DNA of 64,000 nucleotides from Squalus acanthias (lineage: Eukaryota), in contig CM059425.1 in NCBI GenBank assembly GCA_030390025.1, positions 177,818,001 to 177,882,000 on the forward strand. Reading direction: 5' to 3'. This document shows, one piece after another, positions 28,110 to 40,664 of this stretch; positions within the stretch are counted from its first letter, which is position 1, and each line of letters starts with the position of its first letter. The translations under genes and the position numbers were made by a program. Under the pieces are notes generated by a model, which worked only from the letters and a program-made list of their open reading frames with translations, ran no database searches and had not been told where the DNA came from.

Positions 28110-28696
28110 CCTGACAGCAGCTTGTGGTCTTTGCCTTATAAACCTTACTGATTTTTCTACTCCAGGTAACACCATCTGGCTTTTCTGTTGGAGGGGAGTA
28201 GGGAGGTAATGGCGGAGTTGTTTGCTGTTTGCATGTACCAGTGTATTGTTAATAAGAGTGTGCGAGGTAGGCCCCTCGCCCCTACATGGTGGTGCATTCA
28301 GGCTAAAATTAGATGAATGAAAAATTATTTCAAAAACTTACAAGTAAACTAATTACTTTCTGGCAGGTCTATTCTGGAATCATTGTTGATTATATTTCCA
28401 TCTGATGTCATGCATATACTTTAAGGTATAATAAATGAGAGGCAAGGTAAGAAAAAAAAGGGCTAGAAATGGAGGAAAACCACAGTCACTGATACCTGTG
28501 GCAGCATATGGAGTGTCTTGGGTGTGTAGGGACAAAAGGTATAATGTATTTAATTTGGAGGAATGCTTTATCACCACACAATTTAATTTTACATTTAATT
28601 TAGTGGGCTCTTTTTCCTAAAGAAATTTCAAGCATAAACCATGGCTTTGTAAAGAAAACGATTATTATACACTAGGAAAAAAAATTGACATTAGAA

Positions 28697-28940
28697 TTAT
28701 TGGCCAGGACACTGGAGATAACTCCCCTGCTCTTCGTCGAAATAGTGCCTTTGGATCTTTTATGTCCACCTGAGAGAGCAGACGGGGCCTCGGTTTAACG
28801 TCTCATCCGAAAGACTGCACCTCCGACAGTGCAGCGCACCCTCAGTACTGCACTGGAGTGTCAGCTTAGATTTATGTGCTCAAGTCTCTGGAGTGGGACT
28901 TGAACCCACAACCTTCTGCCTCAGAGACGAGGCTGACACT
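28697..28940 (-). mobile_element. DeuSINE partial copy
   Basis: Reverse complement of the head and core of 32303-32753. Confidence 0.8.
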
Positions 28941-29984
28941 TTAACGAGCTATAACTCAGCAGCCCTTTTTTCTTCAGCCTGGAACGGATTTTACCCTTTT
29001 ATATAAAAACTTTTGTTTGTCGTAGTCGTATGTATTTTTTACTACAGGTGTTCTAGGTGACAACCCAGAAAGCAGAGTGTAGTGCGAAACTCATTGCTGA
29101 ACATCAATTTCCCTAACTTCAGATTGGATGGTACGTATAAAAAAAATAATCTATTGCCCCTCCCCACAAGAAAAGCATCAACTCAAAAGAACCATCTTGC
29201 AGGAGTTTATCTAGCTACATCTAGTTTATGTTATCAATGTTGTAATGCCAAACTGAGTGCAAGCAACACTGGTTCCTGAATTTTGGCGTTGCTTTCAATA
29301 GGTCTGCAAGGCCTTGGATTCAGGAACATCTGGCAAAGGTTTATGAGGAGAAATCCGAGAGAGAACATGAAGTAATTAAAAATGTTTATGCAGAAGTGGT
29401 ATAGTTTGTTCAGATCTCATCCAATCTTCTAACCAAGGGAACTAACCACAGGCAAAACATCCAAGAAGACAAAAGCCATATGAAACCTCTCCCAGATTGC
29501 TGACAGTAGCCATACCATTGACTCACTAAATTGGTGTGCTTTGTGCTCAATAAACAGGCACAACCCATGCTAATTTCTACCCCCAATTTCTTTTAAAAAG
29601 GCCTTATCTGCTTTTGCCAGGAGTCTATTCCACATATTCATATGTGACCATTTTTCCTATCCTCTAGCCTTTTAGTAATTTCTTCTAGGGTTTATTTTAG
29701 GGAAAGGGTGAAAACAGGCACTAAGTGGGTACTGTGCTAATAAAAAGCGCCTTTTTAAAAGTCTGGATTTAGTACGCAATCTTGGGGCTAATTGCAGAAT
29801 ACCATAATTTAAACGTGCCTGGAGGTGCTAAAACAGAGACCTCCAGGTTTAGCACTCAAGCGGTGATTAGTAGCAATTTTCCTGGAGCGGTATTTATAGC
29901 TTCCACGCATGCACTTCCACTGAAGGTGTGGAGTGTGCTGGCTGACAGTGAAGCTGAAGGAGCAGGACAATGGCACTTCTCAGG

Positions 29985-30218
29985 ATGGCTCAGGGACTGA
30001 GGGAGAGGGCTCCCAGGTTTTCCGAGGCTGCACTGGAGGTCCTGGTGGGGGAGGTACAGCGGAGGAGGGATGTCCTGTACCTGCAGGGGGGGAAAGGAGG
30101 CCACTAATGTGGCGGATTTCGGAGGAGATCGCTAAGGAGGTCACAGCCAGGAGCACTGCCTCCAGGACATGACTCAAGTGCTGCAAAAAAGTGTAATGAT
30201 TTGACACAAGTGATCAAG
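29985..30218 (+). pseudogene. Harbinger Myb/SANT-like gene, exon 1
   Basis: MAQGLRERAPRFSEAALEVLVGEVQRRRDVLY...EEIAKEVTARS...KCCKK; donor AAG|gtaaga at 30218/19; frameshifts present. Confidence 0.75.
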
Positions 30219-30506
30219 GTAAGATCCTATCTCGCAAACACACTTCTCAGTAACTGCACCACCACCAGCATCGCAACCTCCACACACTGACATTCACAAC
30301 CCACACTATTGCATCCTTCACACCTCGGACACAGCTCTTTTTTTCAACCATGTGAGACATCTCTCACACATACACAAATAGAGTTGCCAATGCACTTATT
30401 TACAATCACAACTCTTTCTCGTCCAGGACAAGATAGCATATAATAGGTGCCAGCAGGACCTGACGGGCAGGGGAAACGCGACTCCATGACATCAGTCCCC
30501 TTGAGG

Positions 30507-31365
30507 CATAAGAACATAAGAAATAGGAGCAGGAGTAGACCAATCTGCCCCTCGAGCCTGCTCCGCCATTCAATGAGATCATGGCTGATCTGATCCAACC
30601 TCAACTCTAAAGAACACAAGTAGGAGCAGGACCAGGCCACTCGGCCCCTGGGCCCGCTCCGCCACCCACAGGGCCTTGACCGATCCGAACTCAAACTCGT
30701 GTCCAATTTCCAGCCTGCTCCCCGTAACCCCGGATTCCCTTTACTTCTAGGAAATGGTCTATTTCTGTTTTAAATTTATTTAATGAAGTAGCTTCCACAG
30801 CTTCCTGGGGTAGCAAATTCCACAGACCCACTACCCTCTGAGTGAAAAAGTTTCTCCTCATCTCAGTTTTGAAAGAGCAGCCCCTTATTCTAAGATTATG
30901 TCCCCTAGTTCTAGTTTCACCCATCATTGGGAACATCCTCACCGCGTCCACCCGATCAAGCCCCTTCACAATCTTATATGTTTCAATAAGATCGCCTCTC
31001 ATTCTTCTGAACTCCAATGAGTAGAGTCCCAATCTACTCAACCTCTCCTCATATGTCCACCCCCTCATCCCCGGAATTAACCGAGTGAACCTTCTTTGTA
31101 CTGCCTCGAGAGCAAGTATGTCTTTTCTTAAGTATGGACACCAAAACTGTATGCAGTACTCCAGGTGCGGTCTCACCAATACCCGATACAACTGCAGCAA
31201 TACCTCCCTGTTTTTATATTCTATCCCCCTAGCAATAAAAGCCAACATTCTATTGGCTTTCTTGATCACCTGCTGCACCTGCATACTAACTTTTTGATTT
31301 TCTTGCACCAAGACCCCCAGATCCCTTTCCAGTACTTTCCAGTTTATCGCCATTAAGATAATAAC
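30507..31365 (-). mobile_element. CR1 3' fragment inserted in exon 2 of the Harbinger Myb-like gene
   Basis: LYRVLVRPHLEYCIQFW...MRGDLIETYKI; duplicated 3' tail at 30507-30680; Myb-gene sequence resumes (VLAVIGRGVADAVATG) after about 31375. Confidence 0.9.
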
Positions 31366-32302
31366 TTGCTCTCTTGCAGTACTGGCTGTAATCGGGAGGG
31401 GAGTGGCAGACGCCGTGGCCACAGGCAAAGCAGGGGACATATCGCCTAGAGGTGTGTGGCCACTCCAGCTTTCTTATATATCCACAACTATTTCTGATTC
31501 CTAATCCCCCAACCCTATCCTCGCTCCCAAGCTCCATATGGTCTCATCATACACATCCTCCTATAGTGGCCATATGCACTGCACCCTGACCTTTCTTTTA
31601 ATCCTGGCAGGCTCCAAGGAGGAAGCTCCACCTCAACCCCAGAGGAACTGAAAGAGGAGCAGGAACTACCTCACCTACCACCCCCTCTCCCCGCCCTCCG
31701 AAGGAAGAGGAGAGAGAGGAAGAAAGCACTGCATCAATCTCTACCACTGTCACAGGCACCAGCATAGAGACCGACACCAGGTGTAACTTAGAGGCTAGGA
31801 TAGAACAGGGATCCTCACAGTGGTACTCGTGGGCAGCAGCCTCACCGGATGGAAGGGATAACAGGTGCCACCTTCCTATGGGGCAAGGTCGCATTCTAGT
31901 TCTGCTGTAGAGGAGTCAGAGGAGAAATTTACAGGGCCAAGCTTCAGAAGAAGGCTGATGGGTTTGGCAAACTAATGCTTGGTACAATGGACAGCCTGCC
32001 TGAAAGCTAGGGTGATGGAGGAGTCTGCCTCCAGCTTGGCCCGTGGCTTGACGCAAAGCCTGGAACCCATTCTCTCCAATGTGGAGAGGCTGGCCAAATG
32101 CATCCAGTAACCTGTGGAGCCCAACATCATGCAGCATCTGATGACTGAGGTCATGCCAAACAGCTTCCATGGAACGATAAAGTGCTGCAATAGAAGCTCA
32201 GACAGCCGCCATGGTGATTCTAGGCTCCTCGGTTGAAAGAGTATCTTGGCTGCTCAGAGATCTGTCGTCCACTGGGCTGGCTGAACAGACGCCCCGAGGT
32301 CT

Positions 32303-32753
32303 TGTCAGCTGTGGCTCGGTGGGTAGCACTCTCGCCTCTGAGGCAGAAGGCTGTGGGTTCAAGTCCCACTCTAGAGACTTGAGCACAGAAATCTAGGCTG
32401 ACACTCCAGTGCAGTGCTGAGGGAGTGCTGCACTGTCGGAGGTGTCGTCTTTTAGATGAGATGTTAAACCGAGGCCCCATCTGCTCTCTCAGGTAGACAT
32501 AAAAGATCCCATTGCACTATTTCGACGAAGAGCAGGGGAGTTATCTCCAGTGTCCTGGCCAATATTTATCCCTCAATCAACATACCAAAAGCAGATTATC
32601 TTATGTTGCTTTTTGTGGGAGCTTGCTGTGTGCAAATTGGCTGCCGCATTTCCTACATTACAGCAGTGACTACACTTGAAAAGTACTTCATTGGCTGTAA
32701 AGCGCTTTGGGACGTCCTGTGGTCGTTAAAGGCACTATATAAATGCAAGTCTT
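32303..32753 (+). mobile_element. DeuSINE (SacSINE1-like) nested in Harbinger
   Basis: GTGGCTCGGTGGGTAGC / GGGTTCAAGTCCC head, Deu-like core, tail GGCACTATATAAATGCAAGTCTTT. Confidence 0.85.
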
Positions 32754-33300
32754 TAGTGGCATTGCAATCACGAAGCAGGAACCTACTAGCCTCTCTCCGG
32801 ATGGCAGCATTCCTGCTCCCTCCCCCGCCACTCCAGTTGCCTGTCAGCCAGGCAGCCTTGACTGCTAAAGCTCATGCTGAGAAGGTGAAATCTGAGGTAG
32901 GCCCATCACGGCCCACAGCCTCTCGAAGGCACCCAGTAGGACATCTGAACTGCCCTCTTCAGATTCTCAGCAGCCATCCACCTCAGGATGTACTTCGTAG
33001 AAGCACCAGAGTAGCCAAGAGCACTTATAGGGTAGCCACTAAGGGTGAGCGCAGGGTGAATAGTCTAATATTTGTAAGTGCTGCTGGTTTTAATGATTTC
33101 ATTGTTTGTTTTTGGTATAGATAAAGAGTGATTATGATAATTAGGTAGTGGTGGAATTGGTGGTCTTTTTTATTGTGTTCTTCATGGGGAAGGGGTTGAA
33201 AGGATTGAGTGCAGATGGCGGACTTCTTGATGAATCCTCAGTCCTGGAAGGCAAGGCTTGTGGCAACAATGCTCCAAAGTGTGATGGTCGAGGACGCCTC

Positions 33301-34448
33301 TCAAAAGCGGTCTTCAATTAGGCGGCGGCGAGCGTCCCTCCCAGGTGCGGGCCGTCTAGCTGGAACCCTCTGGTGGTCCCACTCCTCTTCTTCCTCTTGT
33401 GGCTCCTGAGCTTGACCCTCTGGCACGATTACTGGTGGTATTAGCTGGCCTCTCATGATCACCAGATTGTGGAGCATGCAGCAAGTGAGCACGAATCTGC
33501 AGACTTGCTCGGCCGGGTCCTGCAGGGCATCTCTGACCGGTCAAGGCATGTAAACCTCTGCTTGAGGACCCCAATGGTCTGCTTAATGATATTCCTGGTG
33601 GCAGAGTGACTGTCATTGTATGAGTGGTCAGCTGATGTCTGGGGCTTTCTCAGGGGAGTCATGAGAGCCTTGGCATCAGAGGGTATCCCTTGTCACCTAG
33701 TAGCCAGCCATGCAGATTGCGTTGGGGCTCAAACATTTGTTGGACGGATGACTGTCTCATTATAAGAGCATTGTGGCAGCTCCCTGAATAACAGGCACTC
33801 ACCTGCTGGCGATGGTCGCACATGAGCTGCACATTGAGGGAATGGAATTCCTTCCTGTTCCTGAACACCTCCGAGTTTAAATGAGGGGCTCGTATGGCCA
33901 CATATGTACAGTCAATGGCTCCTTGGACCATGGGGAATCCCACAATCCTGCCGAATCCTTGTGCTCTCTGCCTCTGGTCTTCTCTGGCAATAGGGAATGA
34001 TATATCATCATTCTCAGAGCAGATAGAGCCTCAGTGACCTCCCTTATGCAGAAGAGCACAGAGGATTGTGATATATGACTGATATCACCTGTGGCAGCTG
34101 GAAGGTTCCAGTAGCATAAAAACTAAGTGCTGCTGTGACCTTGGCTGCCACGGGCACTGCAGTCCTGGCTGTGCTGCGAGGTCTGAGTCTTCCTTCCATA
34201 AAGCGACAGATCTCTGTGACAGTCTCCTTGGTAAAGCGCAGCCTCCTCATGCACTGGTCTTGGCTCATGTGATTGTAGGAGTAGTGCTCTCTGAAGGCCC
34301 TGGGTAGATAGGGCCTCCTGCTGAGAGCCCAACTCGCTCTCCTCTCCCTCTCTCCTCCAGCAGCTGGTGCTGCTCTGCCTGGCCTCATCTCCTCCTCCCA
34401 TTCCTCCTCCAGGCCAAGAGGGGCCCCTAACAAGATCCCCATGACCAA
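33301..34448 (-). pseudogene. HARBI1-like Harbinger DDE transposase, frameshifted
   Basis: Motifs spread over successive frames: ALSFYATG, GAIDCTYV, SLNVQLMCD, WLLGDKGYPL, YNDSHSATRNII..TIGVLKQRF, CCMLHN, acidic tail. Confidence 0.9.
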
Positions 34449-36264
34449 CCACTCCCTTTCTCCTGATGTCTCCTATAAAGTCTACAATAAGGTACAGTAG
34501 CACAGCACTCACTCTTTTTAGGTAAGTCTGAGAGAATATCCAGGAAAAATGTTGATAGAGTGTTGGTGAAGTCTTGACAAAGTGTCCCAGAAAGTCTCCC
34601 GATGTGTATCAAAAGTCCTCTTCAAATGCAGTATAGTCAGTTGATCTCAATCAGCAAATGAACAGTGAAAGCTGAGCATGGCTTTCAGTAGCACTCACAG
34701 TCCTCACCAACGATTTCTTTATTCCTGTTCAGCTGGTCGCTGTTAGGAGTGGTCATTAATTGCAGTGCTAGCCAGCAAAATGGCATGCAACCTGCTTAGT
34801 GAGCATTAGCGGTCAATTTAATTGGTAATCAGAGGCTTACTCATCCTCAGGTTGGCCATTCTTAGCATGCACTTAAACTCCTTTACCAAGATGGCGTCTT
34901 GTGCTAAATGCGGGCTAACCAGGCGCTGCAGCTCAAGACCCCATCTTGGCCACCTCGGAAGCTCTTTTTAGCCTCTAAACTACCAGCAATAAAGCGGGGG
35001 AAATAGCCCCCAGTCTGTTGTCCTTTCTCTGCCTCTACTCAATTATCTTTTCTTCAATAGAAACATTCCGTTCTCTGAATATGTCTAAGTAATGCAGAAC
35101 CTTAATTTCTAGAATCTCCACAGTGAATAATAATCACACCACTTTTCCTTTTCCAGTTTTGTTCATGTATAACTGCCCATTGTGTACCTAAAATCATAGA
35201 CTGTTATAGCATAGAAAGAAGCCATTTGGCCCATGAAGTCTGTGCTAGTGTTTTTCTCCACAAGAGCCACCTAATCTAATCCTACTTTCCTGTGCTTCAT
35301 GTTTCCATGTTTCATTGTACATTACACTTATCAAAATTAAAATCTATCTACTATTCCTTAGCCCATCTGTTTAATTTGGCCAGAACCAACTACCAATCTC
35401 TGCTCTCTTTATAACCAGGTTACATAGCTTGGTGTCATCCGCTAATTGTATAATATAATCAGATGTACCCTCCATGCTGTTCATGAGTAATCATACTAAT
35501 TGCATCTCTATAGCACATTATTATCATGTTCAAACACTTCAACTAGTGAATTACGTTGAAGAATAGTGATCTTATGTAAGCAAAATGTGAACAGGAGGAG
35601 ATCTGGGCAGAAATTTCTTCTGACCTGCTCCTGCTCTGCTCGCATAACTTTGCTAGAGGTGTGGCAGAAACCCCGTCTGCACATGTAAAACGAGGTTTCC
35701 ACCGCTCTACCCCCGAAGTTACGGCAGCAGCTCCAAGGAAATTCCTGACCCTGGAAAGCAAAGCATCATGGAACTCCACTAGTCACTGACCCCACCCCCC
35801 AACACACATTGTTCCATCAATCATTATTTCCAGCCTCCCATAGCTAACACAGTCTTCAGCCCAGCTAGCTAAGTTTCCATGACCGTTAAAACCTCTTATC
35901 AAATACCTTCTGAAAATATAGGTTATTTTGTTTCACTGAAAAGTCTAGTTATCTTCTCAAAGAATCCCAGTAGATTAATGAGGTGACATGTTGCTTCAAA
36001 ATCCATAGTGACTGTTCCATAGTTGAACATTGATAGCATCATGTCTGACAGGCTAAATAGTTTTGAGCTAATGATTAACAACCCTGAAGTAATACTAGTC
36101 AGCTCGACATACATGGCAAGGAAGGTGTTCAGTAGCATTTTACTGTATGCTGTCAATGTTCGATTAAAGAACACGGAAGCCACAAGGAGCAGTCAGTATG
36201 AATTTAGAAGCAACAGGAAAATTCATAATTTACTGGAATTCTTTGAAGAGGTATCCAGGCCTTT

Positions 36265-36550
36265 TAAAAATTTCATTCTCAGGATGTGGGCGTTGCTGGC
36301 ATTTATCGCCCATCCCAAGTTGCCCTTGAGAAGTTGATGGTGAGCCCTCTTCTTGAACCGCTGTAGTCCATGATGAAGGTACTCCAACAGTTCTATTAGA
36401 TAGGGAGTTCCAGGATTTTGACCCAGCGATGATGAAGGAACGATGATATATGTCCAAATCAGGAATGTGTGCAACTTGGAGGTGATGCTGTCCTAGATGG
36501 TGGAGGTGCCCGGTTTAGGAGGTGCTGCTGAAGAAGTCTTGGTGAGTTGT
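36265..36550 (-). mobile_element. LINE 3' fragment (CR1/L2 group)
   Basis: RSFIIAGSKSWNSL and LQRFKKRAHHQLL are typical non-LTR ORF2 C-terminal motifs. Confidence 0.65.
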
Positions 36551-36559
36551 TTGGCTAGT

Positions 36560-37396
36560 GGATAAGGGGTAAAGTTTCATATACAAGTTTTTTTTACATT
36601 TGTCTCTAGCTTTTTTTAAAATACCGGAACAACCTTTGCTATCCACCAGTACACAAGGATACAGAAACTGTATCCACAGTAGGAATCGCTGTTACAAGAA
36701 GTTTCTGAAGAAAGTTGTATCAAGGTTGTGGTTGCATTACTAGACTTTTTAAGCACTCTCGACATAAAACAAATGCTATGGCAGGTGCAGCTTGAGATGG
36801 ATGATCAACAAGTGCCAGACAACGTCTGCCATTTTCACCAATCAAGTGAGCAAACACCAATGTTGAAGCTAAAGACGATGACAATGCTCATATCAGAGAT
36901 TGTTCAGAATCTTCAACAGCGAGAACTTTTAAGCAATTGTCAGAGCGTTGATGAGGAGGCACCAGCCACCCACATTATGACAGATGGCGACAGTGCCAGT
37001 GTACATGGTGAGGTGGCTTCTGATGACAGTGACTCTGAGGATATTAACTTAGGTATTTATCCCTTCTCCATCTAAGGCTTTATCTGGACTTGAAGTTGTC
37101 TAGGACAGGTTGTCAATACAGTATTACTATTCTATTGCTTCATCAACTTCTAACATTTGCACACTAGGCAAATAACTCGACAAATGAGCAACAGTACAAT
37201 TTATTTTTTAATTGTAAGCAATGATTTACAGAATAATTTCTACATTATTGCTTTATTTAACATTAATTAATTGCTGTAATAAAATTATTTTTCAAGACAT
37301 TGCTGCTTCATTTGTAATTGTGTTATGCTATTGCTGAATTTATTGTTATTCCTCAAACCATTTCACTATAACGAACAAGTTTGATATGGTGAAGTT
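36560..37396 (+). mobile_element. Possible pogo/Tigger transposase relic
   Basis: ORF 36728..37075 has a Tigger-like C-terminal pattern (LDIKQML...VDEEAPATHIMTD...SDDSDSED); TATAACGAA subterminal-like motif near 37368. Confidence 0.4.
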
Positions 37397-37687
37397 ACAG
37401 GCCTAGAAATTCCCTACCTTAGCACAAGCCGTTTACGCTGGATTTCTTGAAAAAAAATGGCGGCTGCCTCGCTTCTGGTGAGGGACACAGTGGACACAAT
37501 TTTGGTAAGGGCCATAGCGCTGCCATTGACAGCGCTGGCCTCTGAAATGTAAATGAGCATATCGTGATGTCAATCAGCGTGCAACACCTGACTTGATGCC
37601 ACAACTGCTAATTTGGACGTTTTCGCTCACCATTATGCTGGGTCCTAAGCATGCACAGAAAAACGTGCATGAAGCACCCCTGCAGAG

Positions 37688-38279
37688 AGTTAGCAGTCAA
37701 CCACCTTTCTCCTTTGGTTCACAACAACAAATTTTGAGTAAGCACGAGAATTCACAATGGAGTGTACTGAGCAGACTTTATTGATGCACAGTAAAGGTGA
37801 TCGGCCTTTAACTGTATACAGAGAGTTGCTTTTTCAGTTTCTGTATCTTTCGAGCACTCCTGACATACTGTTGAAAACCATGATCCTTAATACACCATAT
37901 TTTGACTACCATATTTGGAAAATGTCATAGATAAAACTGTATGACGTACCTAATCCCAAACCACTTGAAAACAGACTATTCATGTAAACAGTTTGCAGTT
38001 GTTTACTTCAGAACTACTTCCCCGAAACAAGACTCCTTCAAATGGATTCACTATCCCTGTTTTATTATTCTTAAACTAAAGTTACATTTTATTACAAACA
38101 CTTATTTCCTTACACAAGCATTGTACATATCAGAAGACAAGCCATGCTTTCTCCTCATGACACTTCAAAGTTATCCTGTTTATATTGGAAAGCTTGTTGC
38201 TTTAAGACACAAAGAAGTTCGACAGTTAACCCTTAACTTCCCAAGATGTCCAACATACATCTCTCCAGGATCTACAACA
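37688..38279 (-). repeat. 3' LTR of older LTR element
   Basis: Aligns with 55154-55731; ORFs 37941..38306 and 55406..55756 are visibly paralogous; minus-strand AATAAA near 37780. Confidence 0.88.
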
Positions 38280-40664
38280 TATCCACACCTTTTATTTCTT
38301 CTATAATGATGTATCATATAATGAGGTAAACTCTCTATACAGTATAATTCTAGGACATAGGTGCTGAACTATGTTTTAAACTATCACCCACCATTCATGA
38401 TTTCCAAAGGTAGGTGTCCCCTTTTCAATGTCAGCATTACATCATATCATATACACTGTCAGTCATTTAATGTTAGGGTTTTAAACTACAAAAGTCTTGT
38501 CTAAGTTTAACTTGATTTAATATTACAAATCATGATACAAACAAAGAATATCATAATGCATTGTACAGAAAACTACAGTTTACCACATCAGCAAGTAATC
38601 AAGGACTTAAAAGATTCTGCTGCTCTCCTTTTGCAATTATGCATCTTGTGGATATTCTCGCTAATTATCATTTCCCAGTTTTACTGTGATCTCCACACTG
38701 AATTTTAGAAATCCAAATTCTATATCCCTCTTTACTTTAATTTCAATCCCTCTGATAGGTACCTGTACATTTAACTCGTATTGTTTCATTAAAAATGTCA
38801 GTTTCACTATGGTGTATGTGTCAGTGCCTTGATTAAAATTTGTCTCACTTCCCTGAGCCACATTAACCATTTCATGGTGTGCTGTTGTCAAATATCTGAG
38901 CATGTCTGAGACCCACTCTTCAGTGTATCTTCACCATGCATTTCCGCATGCTAGTTGCCTCATGCACAATATCATACCACACTTGACATCAGATAGAAGC
39001 CATTCCTGGGCTTGTAAGTTACTTATCAAAAGATTTGGAGGTCTTTTCTCATCTCCCCATGCATGGTCCCAATGTCTAGGGTAGTGGCTAGGCCATGAAA
39101 TACATTCTACTCATTCTTCAGTATAGGCAAAGACACAAACATCTCAAAGAGAAACCTTTCAATTAATGATTCTCACCTATACTTTCCTGACTTTCATGTA
39201 TCTCGATACCAATTTGAAATCTTTTCAGGTATCATGTTACTCAGGGATGCACTCACACATCTTTTCCTAACCCCTGTTTGGGTTCCTGAAATTCACCCAT
39301 AATTACCTAGGAAAATTATTTTAGAAAAATTCCCATTATATTACCATTTCATCTCATTCATGAGCCCTGGGGAAATGTTACCATCCAATACAATATGATA
39401 ATTATCATTAAACAAAAGTACCCAAATCAATCCAAGTTATCACCACATTTTTGTTCATTCTGCTTAAACTCTTATTGGATCTTTTATTCCTCAAATTATT
39501 GTAATTCCACAGAGTAATTCAGTCTGCAAGGTGGGGGCTGTTAGTTAACTTTAACACAATAGTCTCCCCCAAAAGAACTTTCTTAATACACAGTTTAGAC
39601 AGAAACCACTTAGGCTGGACTGTTTCAAAAACAAAATTTGATTATCCCCTTAAATTTCGATAAATTTCCCTTCTTGAGTTCTTGAACAGCAACTCATTTC
39701 AATTTATCTAATCAATTTTAATTTCACAAACAAATTATGCCCAGGCTTGGTGGTTTTACAAAGGAGACAAACGTAATTGTAATTGTGTTTGGATGCAAGT
39801 CTTTTATCTTCCACCTCAAGCAATGTGTCCTGGAAGATAACAAGCATTGGAAAGGTAAAGTCTTAAGTCCAATTTTGTCACCACACTATGACATTCAAGA
39901 TCCATTGATGTCTACAGACAAGAACTTAAATTCTGAACATTATTGGAGCTCCCACTGCACTTTTCTAGCAAAGCTCAAGCTCTGTAACACCTTGAAGTCA
40001 TTTTATATCAAAGAACCACTCTTGGTAATCTTGCACCATCAACCCTCATATGGCCCTCTGCTGAAAAGAAAAAACAAAAAAAATCCATTTTGGTCCTGAC
40101 AGCCAAATGGGTTAATTTGTCAATTCCTGATTCCTTTATGTCACTGTGAGGAAACAGCCATTCAAATTAAGAAACTTAAAATTTAAAAATTCCCCAAATG
40201 TTTACATTCAGTAATGCAAAAGTTGATGCTTAGTGAATTAAAACAGAGTTCACAGCTGCTTGTGAAAAGAGTTAATTTTTTTTGCATTTCAAAAGAAGAC
40301 AACCCCAGACACCATCAATCAATGTCAGCTTATGTCACACAGCTTCTCACAGCTTTCAAGTGAATTAAAAAGAAACTTTTGCCTAATAAAAAAACCATAC
40401 TTTTACAACTATAAACATTCTGCAAAACAATTTTGTAGTACAATCCAACTACAGAATGTCTTCAGATCGATATCATACACACAGCAATAGCATTCCCCCT
40501 GCTCACACATTCTAGTATCATTAAGATGAATAAACAATCACCTCAAAACATTGAGTACTTGAAATTGGTCAGAAATTCAAAAATGCAAATTATTGGTGTG
40601 AATGTTCCATGTCCGGAACTAGAGACCTTCACAAATTTGCAACAACCAGAATTTCACCATGACC

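Larger units (their letters stand above)
29780..35011. mobile_element. Decayed two-gene PIF/Harbinger transposon with nested CR1 and SINE
   Basis: Convergent Myb-like (+) and HARBI1-like transposase (-) genes; right end AAATAGCCCCC at 35001-11; left end uncertain. Confidence 0.8.

Noticed and set aside
32303..32380. tRNA gene (also at about 6490-6555 and 22980-23050)
   Set aside because: The A/B-box sequence continues into the SINE core and tail; these are SINE heads.
33301..34448. Domesticated host gene HARBI1
   Set aside because: Multiple frameshifts, altered catalytic motifs, a convergent Myb-like partner and a TIR-like end indicate a dead transposon.
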